Counted from the stretch's first letter, positions 1-10,958 are shown. The stretch is DNA of 64,000 nucleotides from Candidatus Bathyarchaeota archaeon (GCA_963780185.1 CAWABA010000006.1:736001-800000); one strand, 5' to 3'. Translations and numbers: made by a program. Notes: generated from the letters alone by a model not told the origin.

Positions 1-2737
1 AAGAGGGCGAATCTGAGAATGCAATTCTTGTGGAAAAGTACCTTAACACTTGGCTAACCAACCCTAAATCAAATCACCTATCAGTTCTCGGTGAGTATGG
101 GACAGGAAAAACTTGTCTTTGTAGAAAACTGGCCCACGATTTAGCAATGCGTTATAAGCAAAACCCGTTGACTAATAGAATTCCAATACTCATAAATTTA
201 AGAGATTATTCAAAGGTAATGACCGTCCGTCAACTGATCACGGATCTTCTAATTAATGAATACGGGCTCCGTGGAATTGACTACCCGTTGTTTGAGCGAA
301 TGAACGAGGATGGCCTACTACTATTAATATTCGATGGCTTCGATGAAATGGCTCAGAAGGTTTTGTTTGATGATGCCTATTCGAATTTTTCCAAAATTGC
401 CGAACTTGCAGGTCCGCAGAAAAGCAAGGTGATTCTGACATGCAGAACTGAATTCTTCCGAACACATGCTAAGGAAAAAGAAATACTTGTGGACATAGAC
501 AAAAGAACTAATTTTTCAATGATTTACCTCAAACATTTCACCGATTCTCAAATTAAGGAATTTCTGAAAAAGAGGGCACCAATGGTTGAAAAAGGAAAGA
601 AAAAAAGAAAAGGTTGGTTGTACTACTACCAGAAAATACAACAAATCTTTGATTTGCGTGATCTCGCCAAACGGCCTGTTTTGTTGGAACTAATAGTCAA
701 GTATCTTCCACAACTCATTGAAAAGGATGTTAGTATCAGTGCGTCCACGCTTTATCTTACAACCATTGAAGAGGAACTAAATCGTAGACTTAGAATAGGC
801 AAGACAGTTATTCAGCGTACTGACCGCATAAAATTAATGAAACTGTTGGCAATGTGGATGTACAACAATGACCACTTATCAGTTTTCTATGAAGATATTC
901 CCGACTTGCTAAATTTAAAGCAGAACTTCGAACTTAAGACCGCAACCGAAATTGAATATCATTTGAGCGACTTTCTCACCTGCTCGTTCTTAAGCCGTGA
1001 TGTCTCTGGCAATTATCAATTCTCTCACAAGTCGTTTGTAGATTTCTTGGTTGCTAACTACTTTGTCGACGATATTGCAAAGGATAATCAATCTAACTTT
1101 AGAGTGAAACCAGTAACTTTTGAAGTAATCCAGTTTATCAAAAATTTTAATGTCAACGTTAACCGACTCTATGATTGGATTTTATACACTAAAGGCAAGT
1201 CATTTCAAGAAGTAACCTATATAGGTGGCAATTCAGTTTCACTTTTGAATGCACTTGGTGAACAGTTTAAAGATAAGTCGATTGATTTTTCTAATAGTAT
1301 TCTGAACAATGCGAATTTTTCTGGTCAAGACTTGTCTGAGTTGAAGTTCAGAGGCGCTCTTTTAATTAACGCAAATTTAAACAATACCACTCTAAGAAAT
1401 ACTGATTTTTCCAGAGCAAATTTAGCTGGCGCCGCTTTCGGAGAAACAAACCATATACAAGCCCTTGAATGGAGCCCTGATGGACGATACGTTGCGTGCA
1501 TGGGTGATAGTTCGATAAAAATCTGGCGAGCAGGAACTTGGGAGTATATGGCAGAATTGGAGAATCATGTTCCTTTGCTTTCATTTAGTTGGGGACCTAT
1601 TCCCCCTATGGTTATTGGTCAATCAGCTAATCAACTGTCTTTGTGGGAAGATTTCACTCTTGACAAATTATGTATTAATGTACCTACACAAGGGAACGGA
1701 AGAAACATTACGCGCCTAAAATATTTCGCTTATTTGAAAGCTCGAAAATACGTCCCGAATCAAGAAGAAAAATTTGACCCCAGTCTATATCGTCATTCGA
1801 GTGCAATTTATTTGCCCAGAAAAATTGGGACATTTCCATTGAAATGGAATCGGGATAACGTACTGATACTCCGAGATTACGCCCTCCATCTCGACAAAAT
1901 AAATGAACGGAAAGTTGAGTCAACACTATGCAAAATAAATTACGACGCAAATCAAGAGTGTTGAGCACTGCTGTAGGCTATGCGCAGAATTTTCCAGAAT
2001 ACATTTTTCTCGATTCTGTCAATACGGTTATAGGCATTAAGAAAACCGAATGTCAAAGTTCTGTGATCGATAAGATAAAGAGCTTCCAAAGTAATAACCC
2101 CACTCAAATTGCAATTAGTCCCAGCAATAAGTACTTGGCATTCGTGACAGTAAGAGAGTGGAATCATCTTCATATTTGGAACCTGGAAACGGGGACGGCG
2201 AACGTCATCTTGCTTGAGCATTATCCACAACGAATTATCTTTCAGAATGACTTGAAATTACTCGTTTCTTTTTTTGGATTTAACAAAACATCAGTCAATA
2301 AAAAAGAGTCAACCCGATCTTACAGAATTAATTATTACGGCTTTTTTATTAAGCAATATACTATTGATGAATCACTCAAGCCATTTGGACAAGTTTCTGC
2401 AGAGTTTCTTGATAAATCTTTGAACGAGCCAATATTTAGCGGTAAAAAAACATTTATTTTTGCGGAAACCAGAATCAGAAATTTATCAGCTTCAATTGAC
2501 GGAAAGTATGTTGCTGCCAGCGTGAAGGGGGGAATTGAAATCTGGGATGCTGATAATAATAGCGCTACATTTGGTAAGCATCTCATTAGAATAGAACAAA
2601 GGATTGGCTGTTTGGGAATGAAAATAGGCGGCGCAAGAGGCCTTACTGAGAAAGACCGAGCGTTCTTAATGAAAAGGGGAGCAGTCCTTGAAGAATCCCT
2701 TGAACACATAATGAATAGCGCTCATTCCTCGTACTGA
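1..2737 (+). CDS. NACHT (STAND) NTPase with pentapeptide repeats and WD40-like C-terminus; 5' truncated by the window, one frameshift near 1950
   Basis: Walker A GEYGTGKT, Walker B LLIFDGFDEM, VILTCR, winged-helix motif FSHKSFVDFL, pentapeptide repeats (ANLNNTTLRNTDFSRANLAGA), WD motifs (WSPDGRYVA, ISPSNKYLA, SIDGKYVA). ORF 1928-2737 ends in GMKIGGARGLTEKDRAFLMKRGAV, the typical tail of NACHT-WD40 proteins. The frame is open back to position 3. Confidence 0.85.
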
Positions 2738-2815
2738 ATTTCATTAGTTGGCGAATTTCCAGAGAGGTTAAGAAGAAAACCCGCTGAGAACGGCTTTTGG
2801 CTGTTCTTGGGTAAA

Positions 2816-2847
2816 GGTCGTCGGTTCAAATCGGGCCGGCCCCCCAA
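2816..2847 (+). mobile_element. tRNA 3'-half remnant (probably tRNA-Pro-like), putative att site of an integrated element
   Basis: GGTCGTCGGTTCAAATCGGGCCGGCCCCCCAA has a T-arm (GTCGG-TTCAAAT-CGGGC, one mismatch) and the acceptor 3' strand CGGCCCC; no matching 5' half upstream. Confidence 0.7.
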
Positions 2848-2889
2848 ATCTTCTTTCCTTTCACACGAAATCTCTTCTATTTGAAGCTT

Positions 2890-2945
2890 GTAGATGCAAA
2901 GTGTATATGGTTTCCGTATATGGTTTGCCTACCTATCGGGTACCC
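2890..2945 (-). repeat. Copy A of conserved element: GGGTACCCGATAGG followed by three 13-bp-spaced 8-mers (CCATATAC, CCATATAC, GCATCTAC)
   Basis: Core at 2932-2945, repeats at 2916-2923, 2903-2910, 2890-2897; aligns with 4573-4628 and 13275-13330. Confidence 0.85.
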
Positions 2946-3197
2946 TTGCACAAAAACGAAAAGGGGCTTAAACAGCCTATTATTTTATGGCAAATAACTT
3001 GGCAATATCTTCACATCCAGATGCTTGCAGAGTTTAGAAAGGGAAAAAAGCCTGTATACTGGGCATGATAAGATTTGATAAATTTGTTAGTCAAATAATC
3101 TTAAGAGTTTGTTTAGGCTTTAACTGGCTCAAGAGAGGGTGCTTGAAACAGCCTTAATGGCAACGCTGAGATGTGAAAAGATGGGGAGTAATCACTC

Positions 3198-3897
3198 ATG
3201 ACGGTTGAATTTTCAAATCTTCACAAAATCCTCAAGGACCCTACACGCAAAACATTTGAAATGCCTCAGCGAAGGCGGTTCTTTGTCATATGGGGAATTG
3301 ATGGCGCAAGCCGAGGTCACTAACACGGGAAGGTTCAACTATCACCTGAAAATCCTCAACGGGCTAATAGAAAAACAACCCGACGGAAAATACAGCTTAA
3401 CAGAGAAGGGTCGCCTAGCCGTTCAACTGCTCGACAAGTTCAATGAAGAGAAGCCCCAGACGAAAAAACACAAATCAAGAGAGAAAAAGCTGGCGGTAGC
3501 GGCCGTATTGATTCTTGTCGCGATAGTTGCTGTGGCTTCTTTGTTGATAATTATGCAGCCAAAACCCGAAGGCTTCACCGTGACTTATTGGAGGCAGCAG
3601 CCAGACCAGCTTATACCCAACTCAAACGATATCCAATACGTCTTCAACATCACCGGAGCAGACAACTCTATCCAGCTGGCATCAAGCCAAACCCTTGACA
3701 GCCTTCTCGCGCCGCTGACGACCAAGTACCCCGTTGCCAACATGACTCTGGGAGGCTCAACCTTTCCCGCATGGGCCAGTGAGACATTGGGCAACGGAAA
3801 ATTCATTTTCGATTTGACACTAAAAAACAGCCTATCCAGCGGGCAATTGGACTCGTTAACGCATGACCTAAAGCAAGCCTTGAAAACCACCCAGTAA
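3198..3897 (+). CDS. ArsR-like winged-helix regulator with a transmembrane helix and external domain (frameshift near 3250)
   Basis: ATG at 3198 gives MTVEFSNLHKILKDPTRK, which joins LKCLSEGGSLSYGELMAQAEVTNTGRFNYHLKIL; TM segment LAVAAVLILVAIVAVASLLIIM. Confidence 0.75.
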
Positions 3898-4222
3898 CAC
3901 CTACCGAAATCAACCGAGCCGCAGAAATAATGAAGAGTTCGTTGCCGCCGAAAACAAAGATCATCTGGGCACAAGAGTTGACAAAAAACTACAAGGCGCC
4001 GTTTCAGTCATGGCAGTAATCACAGGCGTAGAAAGCGCGTTCCTACGAAAAAACGAAAAACACCTAGGACCACTCAGATTCAGCAGATAACAGCAAACTC
4101 TTCTTTCCTTATTTTTTTTGTTCAAATCTCACCTGTTAGGCAACGACGAACGCAATTTCGTTGGATGCCTTCTTATTTTAGAAGGAAGCTTTTCTTTACA
4201 ATGAGCATTGAAGGCAGAAAGC

Positions 4223-4558
4223 CTAAGGCATCTTCTTTAGCGTTTCTTCAATTTCTTTTCGCAAACCAATGTCGTCAACTCTCGGCAGGAGTTCCAGCAA
4301 ACGACCTCTTGTGCTTGTTTCGGCTTTGCCTCCGAGGTTTACCCAATATTTGCCTTCTTGGAGCCAAGCCAGCATCACCCGCGCCTCAACTTCCCAAGCC
4401 TCACTTTTGGCTGACGGAAAAACAAGGCCAAATTTAACCGCTTCCGCCATGAACTTTTCAAGTGCGCCAGTTGCCGTGTAGCCGTTTTTTGAGGCTAATT
4501 CCTTGAAATTCAGGTATAATTGAGGGTCAAGTCGGAATGCTTTGAAAATTTTTGGCGA
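4223..4558 (-). CDS. Small ribbon-helix-helix-like DNA-binding protein, paralog of 13345-13683; no canonical start codon (TCG at 4558)
   Basis: In-frame extension gives SPKIFKAFRLDPQLYLNFKELASKNGYTATGALEKFMAEAVKFG...; shares EARVML.WL..GKYWVNLGGK.ETSTRGRLL with 13345-13683. Confidence 0.7.
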   Translation of the reverse strand, partial: SPKIFKAFRLDPQLYLNFKELASKNGYTATGALEKFMAEAVKFGLVFPSAKSEAWEVEARVMLAWLQEGKYWVNLGGKAETSTRGRLLELLPRVDDIGLRKEIEETLKKMP

Positions 4559-4572
4559 GCTCTCACTCTCCT

Positions 4573-4628
4573 GTATTGACGAATTGTATTGACTTTCTGT
4601 ATTGACTTTGCCCTCCTATCGGGTACCC
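4573..4628 (-). repeat. Copy B of conserved element: GGGTACCCGATAGG followed by three GTCAATAC repeats at 13-bp spacing
   Basis: Core at 4615-4628; GTATTGAC on the + strand at 4599, 4586, 4573; lies directly upstream of the RHH-like gene. Confidence 0.85.
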
Positions 4629-4692
4629 GTAGCACAAATCTGAGGCAGATTCGTTCTTGTGCTGTTTCAGGCTGCACATTATTTTTCGCCAT

Positions 4693-5004
4693 TCACTTTC
4701 TCAAGGTAATTCGTCTTTTCCAGCCCTGAACGTCTGGCCTGACAAACCTGCGCATCCTGCCTTCAGCATTTACCCGCCCAATAAAATCGCCCAATGTTTC
4801 CTCGTCAACCTCAGAGTGTTCGCCTTTTTGGGCAAGCAGTTTGTTGATGGCGATCGAGTGGTATGCGAGAGAGTTAGCCACACGGATCTTTTCGCTTCGG
4901 GAAAGCGACGGGTCACCCATCATCTTTCGCAACTCAGTCATCAGTTCCCATTCCATGTGGATAAGCTCGTCAACCGTTACTTCTTCCTTAGCAGTCAAAG
5001 ACAT
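4693..5004 (-). CDS. Hypothetical alpha-helical protein, possibly of mobile-element origin
   Basis: 103-aa ATG ORF with purine-rich leader (AGAAAGGAAGAC); protein-like composition. Confidence 0.55.
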   Translation of the reverse strand: MSLTAKEEVTVDELIHMEWELMTELRKMMGDPSLSRSEKIRVANSLAYHSIAINKLLAQKGEHSEVDEETLGDFIGRVNAEGRMRRFVRPDVQGWKRRITLRK

Positions 5005-5218
5005 GTCTTCCTTTCTATTTGGGGAAATTTTAGAATGTACTTTTCAGCTTTTTAAGCCACCTAAGAAACGACAGTTTCAAGCAGGGGAGGGATGGCTGAA
5101 AATGAAAGTTGGACTATTCCCATTAAGAATCATGCCATACCGTCGTAGCGACCTGCCCATTTTTTTCCGAGAAAATAATTATGGCCCACTTCTTTCAGGT
5201 ATTTTGTTTTCAATCTTT

Positions 5219-5552
5219 CTAGAATTTCATTAGTATGTCTTCGTTTTCAATTTTTACTGGATAAGATGTTTCGTCTTTGATTTTTGGGTGAAAGAGACCC
5301 ATTTTTGGCGGCGAAATTACTTTGCCAGTTGTGACGTCGAATTTTGATTTGTGTTTTGGACAAGTGACAACATTGCCTTCCAATGTGCCCTGAGAGAGGT
5401 CTCCGCCCGCATGGGTGCATACATTGCTTATTGCATAGAAACTTCCGTTTATGTTCGCGATCAAAACTTCTTTGCCTTGGGATACAAATTTCTTCATTTT
5501 TCCAACAGGGTATCTCTGATTTCTCAGCAATCTTCACGTAGCCTGATTCCAA
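5219..5552 (-). CDS. Rieske [2Fe-2S] ferredoxin (frameshift near 5510)
   Basis: CTHAGGDL and CPKHKSKFDVTTG motifs; N-terminus MESGYVKIAEKSEIP lies in another frame. Confidence 0.9.
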
Positions 5553-5696
5553 AAACTAACTCTCCTACTACTGCTTGTTCTATTGAACCTCTAGGTATTT
5601 CTTGCTCATTCGGAGGGAGTTCAATTTATATTGTCCAAAAAGGAGAATCTATTTCTTTAGCATAATGACTCATCTAGCGACTGCGATGGCGCATTT

Positions 5697-6386
5697 ATGT
5701 CAGAAAAAAGCATTAATAATTCATCAATGACCGAGGAAGACGTTGTCGCAAAAGTCGCTGAGTTAATGGAGACTCTTGATCAAGTCAAAAAATACAACGC
5801 TCTCACTAGTTCTCTGAAGAGATTTGCCTTAATTGTCATTGGCTCTATCCTAGTTTTCCTCGCAGTTGGAGCCTCAATAGGTTTCTTAAATCTAGTGGCA
5901 ACACTGGATAAGCCTCAATTCTTCCTGTTGGCAATTCTACTATTGCTTATCCCTATTAGCGGAATCTCCATAGGGGTATATTTCATTAGGAAAAAAGTAA
6001 ATTCAATCAAAACCGGAGAATGGCAAGAGGAACTCTCACATGGCTTCCCCTCTGCCCTAAAAATTTTGACTGAACTCGATTGGGATAAAACGTTTGATGA
6101 AATATCGTCTGGAAGAGTCGACTATGCCTTGTATAGTCTCTTGAAAGGGGCTGCTTATTTTATCATTACTCTGTTTACGTTAGGCCTTGTAGGTAACCTT
6201 GTGACGTTCATTTTTCTGCATCGGGCATTGTTAGGCGGACCAGTTTTAGGGTTAATTTCACTTTTGGTTGTTTACCTGCTATTGAGAGAAGACTTTGCGA
6301 GGCGTTATAATCAGATCAGGGCGTTAGATAACCTTCTTTGGGAGTTGCGGTGGTTCAGCGTTGAGCTTAGGAGAGCCGAGTTCTAA
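5697..6386 (+). CDS. Four-TM membrane protein of unknown function
   Basis: Four hydrophobic segments; overlaps the following wHTH gene. Confidence 0.7.
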   Translation: MSEKSINNSSMTEEDVVAKVAELMETLDQVKKYNALTSSLKRFALIVIGSILVFLAVGASIGFLNLVATLDKPQFFLLAILLLLIPISGISIGVYFIRKKVNSIKTGEWQEELSHGFPSALKILTELDWDKTFDEISSGRVDYALYSLLKGAAYFIITLFTLGLVGNLVTFIFLHRALLGGPVLGLISLLVVYLLLREDFARRYNQIRALDNLLWELRWFSVELRRAEF

Positions 6387-6657
6387 ACCCGATCTCTACG
6401 TCATCGCCCGCATAATAAAGGCGTTGAAAGAGAAAAACAAGATGAATAAAACTGCCCTCGCTACTTCCACCGGCTTGGCATATGATAAATTAGTGAAATA
6501 TTTGGCTTGGATGTCTGAGCGAGGGTTCGTAACGGTTAATGAAGATGCCCTTGTATGCTTGACTAAAGAAGGCTCTGAAGCCTACGATGAATTAGTGCAA
6601 TGGATAATGAAGTATGTTGGGAAGCTAAAATTCCCCAGACTAAAACTCCGCACCTAA
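6361..6657 (+). CDS. Small winged-helix transcriptional regulator
   Basis: NKTALATSTGLAYDKLVKYLAWMSERGFV...LTKEG pattern of archaeal wHTH proteins. Confidence 0.8.
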   Translation: MSLGEPSSKPDLYVIARIIKALKEKNKMNKTALATSTGLAYDKLVKYLAWMSERGFVTVNEDALVCLTKEGSEAYDELVQWIMKYVGKLKFPRLKLRT

Positions 6658-6733
6658 ATTTTTACCTCTCCTCCCTCAGAATGAGTTCGCTTTATAAGCT
6701 ACGGAATCCTGTTTGCTCGGGAGATGACTCTTT

Positions 6734-7690
6734 ATGCCATTGACAGATGTTCCAACGATAGAAGCCGTAAAGCTTACAAAAAAATACGGTTCATTTGAAG
6801 CCGTTTCAGACTTGAACATCAAAATTGAAGGCTCAAAATGTGTCGGTTTCCTAGGCCCAAACGGCGCGGGAAAAACAACAACGCTTAAAATGTTCACCGA
6901 TCTGATCCGTCCCTCTTCAGGAGAAGCCTTGATCAACGGCATAAACGTACACACTCATAAGAAAGCGGCTTTGGCTTCTGTTGCAGCGCTTATTGAAACC
7001 CCAGAAATTTACCCTTCATTGACGCCCCGCGAAGGACTGTCGATGATTGCAGAAATCAGAGGAGTCCCAGCGAGCGAGACTAAGAAGAGAATTGAGGAAG
7101 CAGTCGCTGAAGTTCACATGGATGAATGGATCGATAAACGGGTCGGCAGATTCTCCAAGGGAATGAAGCAGAGAATTGTTATTGCCTCAGCGCTTCTAAG
7201 TGACCCACAGATTCTTTTTCTTGATGAACCCACCACCGGGCTTGACCCCAGAGGCATGAGTGAAGTTAGGGACATCGTGAAATCGTTGAAGAGCAAGAAG
7301 CGACTCATTTTCATGAGTTCACATATTCTAAGTGAAGTCTCAGACGTATGCGACGAAGTCGCCATGATAGACCACGGTAAACTAATCGTTTACAACACCA
7401 TCTCGAACGTAACCGCAAAATTTGCAGGCGGAAACAACGTTGTGGAAGTTGGGTTGACGCGTCCGATCGATGGCAGAATACTTTCAAAGACTATTCCTTC
7501 TTTGCCAGGTGTCGTAAACGCTGAAAGAGTCGATGACAACAACCTTAAGATAACTTTCGGCGGAGGCTTAGAGGCTCAAGAGCGCCTGCTTAGCGAGATG
7601 GTTAGGCTGAACCTCGGCGTTGTAAGCTACAAGGTTGCGTCGTCTGAACTTGAAGAAGCATATCTAAAATTGATAAAAGCTACGTTGTGA
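6734..7690 (+). CDS. ABC transporter ATP-binding protein (ABC-2 exporter)
   Basis: GPNGAGKTT, FSKGMKQR, LFLDEPT, SSH. Confidence 0.95.
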   Translation: MPLTDVPTIEAVKLTKKYGSFEAVSDLNIKIEGSKCVGFLGPNGAGKTTTLKMFTDLIRPSSGEALINGINVHTHKKAALASVAALIETPEIYPSLTPREGLSMIAEIRGVPASETKKRIEEAVAEVHMDEWIDKRVGRFSKGMKQRIVIASALLSDPQILFLDEPTTGLDPRGMSEVRDIVKSLKSKKRLIFMSSHILSEVSDVCDEVAMIDHGKLIVYNTISNVTAKFAGGNNVVEVGLTRPIDGRILSKTIPSLPGVVNAERVDDNNLKITFGGGLEAQERLLSEMVRLNLGVVSYKVASSELEEAYLKLIKATL

Positions 7691-8550
7691 TAAACATGAC
7701 CGAACCAAATTTAAATTACAAAAATTCAGCACCAGCTAGCCTTACTCAAGCAAGAATAATTACAAAGTACTCGTTACTTGACTACATACGATCCCGAAGA
7801 TTCTACATCCTTCTAGCCATAACAGTCATAATCGGATCAATACTGACAATTGTGGCGCATTTTCGACCCACATTCTTTAACACTTCCTTGCTTGGCTTCT
7901 ACTCAACTTGGTGGGGTCTCTCGGTCTCCTTTGTGGTAGTGCTCTCCGCGATTTTCTTTGGAGGCGATGCAATTTCAGGAGAATTCCAAAACAAAACAGG
8001 TTATTTTGGCGTTCCTAACCCGATTCGACGATCATCAGTATACATTGGAAAATGGGTAGCTGCACTCATAGCTTCAACAGTTATACTCGGAGTATTCACT
8101 GCCATCACAATAGCCAACGGCGTATTCTATGTTGGAGGTGTACCCTATCAATTTGGTGAGTCTTTGCTTTTCGCATGGTTCTACCTCGTTGCAGTTCTCG
8201 GTTTCACATTCTTCTTCAGCTCAGTATTCAAAAGCAGCTCAATGTCCATACTAGTAACCGCTATTCTGTTCCTATTTGCCTTTACACTTATAGACGAACT
8301 TATCGTAAACTTTGTCCAAATTGAGCCTTGGTTCCTCATAAACTACGGCGCAGGAATAATAGGAAATGTTCTGTCATCGCCTTACCCAGGGCATAAAGTT
8401 ACAACAACAGGTCCCGGGTTTGGGGGACGTATTACTACAACAACCACATTCTCCGCTTCAATACCCGAGGGACTCGCTATAATGGGGATTTACTTCGTCG
8501 TTACCGCAATCATAGGCTTGATACTGTTCGAAAGAAAAGAATTCACCTAA
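7687..8550 (+). CDS. ABC-2 type permease
   Basis: Six TM segments, DAISGEFQNKTGY...PIRR motif; coupled to the ATPase gene. Confidence 0.9.
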   Translation: MINMTEPNLNYKNSAPASLTQARIITKYSLLDYIRSRRFYILLAITVIIGSILTIVAHFRPTFFNTSLLGFYSTWWGLSVSFVVVLSAIFFGGDAISGEFQNKTGYFGVPNPIRRSSVYIGKWVAALIASTVILGVFTAITIANGVFYVGGVPYQFGESLLFAWFYLVAVLGFTFFFSSVFKSSSMSILVTAILFLFAFTLIDELIVNFVQIEPWFLINYGAGIIGNVLSSPYPGHKVTTTGPGFGGRITTTTTFSASIPEGLAIMGIYFVVTAIIGLILFERKEFT

Positions 8551-8640
8551 ACAGAGCAATCAATGCAAACAGTTAGCCGTTGCCTAACGTCATGGATGAT
8601 AGTAAAATTTAACTACTAAAACATACTAAGGCACGGTCTA

Positions 8641-9810
8641 ATGAGAAGACTTCCATTACAGTTCGTCGGTTCGGTGTGTACAAACCCCAGTTTAGTCATG
8701 AGTTTCGGCAGGGGAGCTTATCGAGAATTTGTCAAATCCAAACTTGATTACCGAAATGAAGATGGAAGCAGCTCTGCACTTTGGCTGCTGAGCCTAAGAA
8801 TCACCCATCGATGCAACCACCGCTGTGCCATATGCGCGCAGTGGGGACAAAGCGGATACAACGCGAGGGATGACACGCCTAAAGTCACTGGCGAAGTCCC
8901 CGTTGAAGTTTACAAGAAAATAATAGACGAGGTTGCACCCAAGAAAGTTCATGTTTACATAACGGGCGGCGAACCGTTCCTCTATGAGTCGCTTGTTCCT
9001 TTTGTCAATTACATCAAAGAGAAGGGTCTGACAGTTCAAATCGTAACCAACGGGGTCGGGTTAGAACGTAACGCTGAAACCATCGTGGATAATGGCTGGG
9101 ACATGATATGCGTCTCTTTTGATGGCCCCAGAGAAATCCATGACAAATGCCGAGGAGTCCCCGGAGCCATGGACACAGCGATTAAAGGGTTGTCGGCAAT
9201 TCAGAGGATAAAGAAAGAGAAAAAGAAGAGAAAACCCGCCATCTTCACCCTGACCACGATTTCCCAAAATAACCAGTACACGTTGGTTGACACAGTGAGG
9301 GAAGCAGAAAAGCTGAATCCCACAGGCATAGTTATCTATTACTCGTGGTTCACGCGCGAGGAGATTGGACAGAAACACACGAAAATAGTCAATGAGAAAT
9401 TGGGGATCACGCCTTTCGCTTGGAAAGGTTATGTCCGTGACACCTCAACGTTGGACATAGACGCAATTGTTAAGCAAGTGAAGGAAATAAAAAGCAACAA
9501 ACACTTCAACAATGTTCTTTTCGTACCCGACCTCAAATTCGAAGACATCCGAACCTACTACACTGAACCAGAAAACTTCTTCGGCTACAAAAAATGCATC
9601 TCCCCCTGGTACCAACTTGACGTAATGCCGAACGGCGACGTAGTTACCTGCAGGGATTTCCCAGACTTCGTCACAGGAAACATTATGGAGTCGCCGCTAC
9701 TTGACATTTACAACAGCGAAAAACACCGCAAGTTCAGGCGCGCTCTGCGAAGCTGCGACAACGGCGTTTTTCCAATATGCTCCCGATGTTGCGGCTTAAT
9801 GGGGTATTAG
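8641..9810 (+). CDS. Radical SAM protein with SPASM/twitch domain
   Basis: CNHRCAIC, TGGEPFL, C-terminal CISPW...PNGDVVTC...GNI...CSRCC. Confidence 0.9.
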   Translation: MRRLPLQFVGSVCTNPSLVMSFGRGAYREFVKSKLDYRNEDGSSSALWLLSLRITHRCNHRCAICAQWGQSGYNARDDTPKVTGEVPVEVYKKIIDEVAPKKVHVYITGGEPFLYESLVPFVNYIKEKGLTVQIVTNGVGLERNAETIVDNGWDMICVSFDGPREIHDKCRGVPGAMDTAIKGLSAIQRIKKEKKKRKPAIFTLTTISQNNQYTLVDTVREAEKLNPTGIVIYYSWFTREEIGQKHTKIVNEKLGITPFAWKGYVRDTSTLDIDAIVKQVKEIKSNKHFNNVLFVPDLKFEDIRTYYTEPENFFGYKKCISPWYQLDVMPNGDVVTCRDFPDFVTGNIMESPLLDIYNSEKHRKFRRALRSCDNGVFPICSRCCGLMGY

Positions 9811-9835
9811 AATGCCCCTAGAAAGGGGTTGATCC

Positions 9836-10573
9836 ATGATGGAGCGCATCGACGTCGCCATCCTCACCTATAACAGCGCCGTAAAGCTGCGGGAATGCAT
9901 CAACTCCGTTTACATGAATGTGCCCGTCAAAAACTTGATTGTTGTGGATGGCTTTTCAACCGACGCGACGCCAGCCATCGTGAACGATTTCCAAAAGCGG
10001 TACGGCAACGTTTTGTTCATTCAGGAAAAAGGAACCAGAGCAACTGCCAGACAGACGGCAATCCGACTGGTAAAAGGCGACTGGTTCATGTTTGTAGACA
10101 GCGATGTTGTCCTATCAAAGAACTGGTTTGCCGAAGCAGAAAAGCACGTAGGCGAGGACGTGGGTGCAATCTGGGGTATCGAAATTTGGTCGGTGCTGAG
10201 GGGTAAAAAGATTTTGGCTCTTTTTGAGAGGGTTACGCTTAAGATTTTTGAGCGGCGGGGCGGAACCCACGATATGCTGATTAGGCGAAAAACGGTTGAA
10301 GACATCAAAATCCCGTTTCAGCTGCACACTTACGAGGACGCATACATCAAATCGTGGATTGAGAAGAAAGGCTACAAAGTTCTAGGCGTTTACGAACCTC
10401 ACTGCATCCATTTTCGGGCAGACACAGTTTGGACCGCCAAAAAACACGTTGAACTCATGGTCAGCGACCTCAAATTTGCCCTCCGTCGCCCCCTTCTTCT
10501 GCTGCCCTACGGCTTCTACTCCGCAGTCGTAACCTACCAAATCGCCATCAACAACATCAAGCGCGCGAACTAA
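9836..10573 (+). CDS. Glycosyltransferase family 2
   Basis: VAILTYN, VVDGFSTD, FVDSD, YED motifs. Confidence 0.9.
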   Translation: MMERIDVAILTYNSAVKLRECINSVYMNVPVKNLIVVDGFSTDATPAIVNDFQKRYGNVLFIQEKGTRATARQTAIRLVKGDWFMFVDSDVVLSKNWFAEAEKHVGEDVGAIWGIEIWSVLRGKKILALFERVTLKIFERRGGTHDMLIRRKTVEDIKIPFQLHTYEDAYIKSWIEKKGYKVLGVYEPHCIHFRADTVWTAKKHVELMVSDLKFALRRPLLLLPYGFYSAVVTYQIAINNIKRAN

Positions 10574-10646
10574 AAAATCAAGATGGCAAAGACTGGTTTT
10601 CTTGCAGTTGATTGAAGAGCGAAATTTGCGTTTGCAGCTTGGGTAA

Positions 10647-10958
10647 TTATTGAAATTTGTTTGATGCTTGAAGTAGGACTTGCTGGGCAAGGTCCAATCG
10701 GATGGTTATTGATTTGCTATGCATGACAAGGGGGGTTGTTTTAAGTGAATCCTTATGGGCTTTGACATGGTTCTCTATTGCCAAGTTCATGGCTCTAAGT
10801 GACGGGATCATCAGGATCTCTTCGCTGCATTCGGGGCATTTGATGAACCCTTTTTTGAAGCGGTCATGATTTGGCTCAGAGACTACCCTCATATACATCT
10901 GTTTTAATCTTGCTTCACTTTCTTCAGAGACTATTTCAACCATGAGTGTTTTTTCCAT
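10647..10958 (-). CDS. Small Zn-finger-like hypothetical protein
   Basis: CPEC...HVKAH; SD-like GGAGGG upstream. Confidence 0.6.
   Translation of the reverse strand: MEKTLMVEIVSEESEARLKQMYMRVVSEPNHDRFKKGFIKCPECSEEILMIPSLRAMNLAIENHVKAHKDSLKTTPLVMHSKSITIRLDLAQQVLLQASNKFQ

Noticed and set aside
2770-2850. Intact tRNA gene
   Set aside because: Only the T-arm and acceptor 3' strand are present; no D-arm or complementary 5' acceptor strand.
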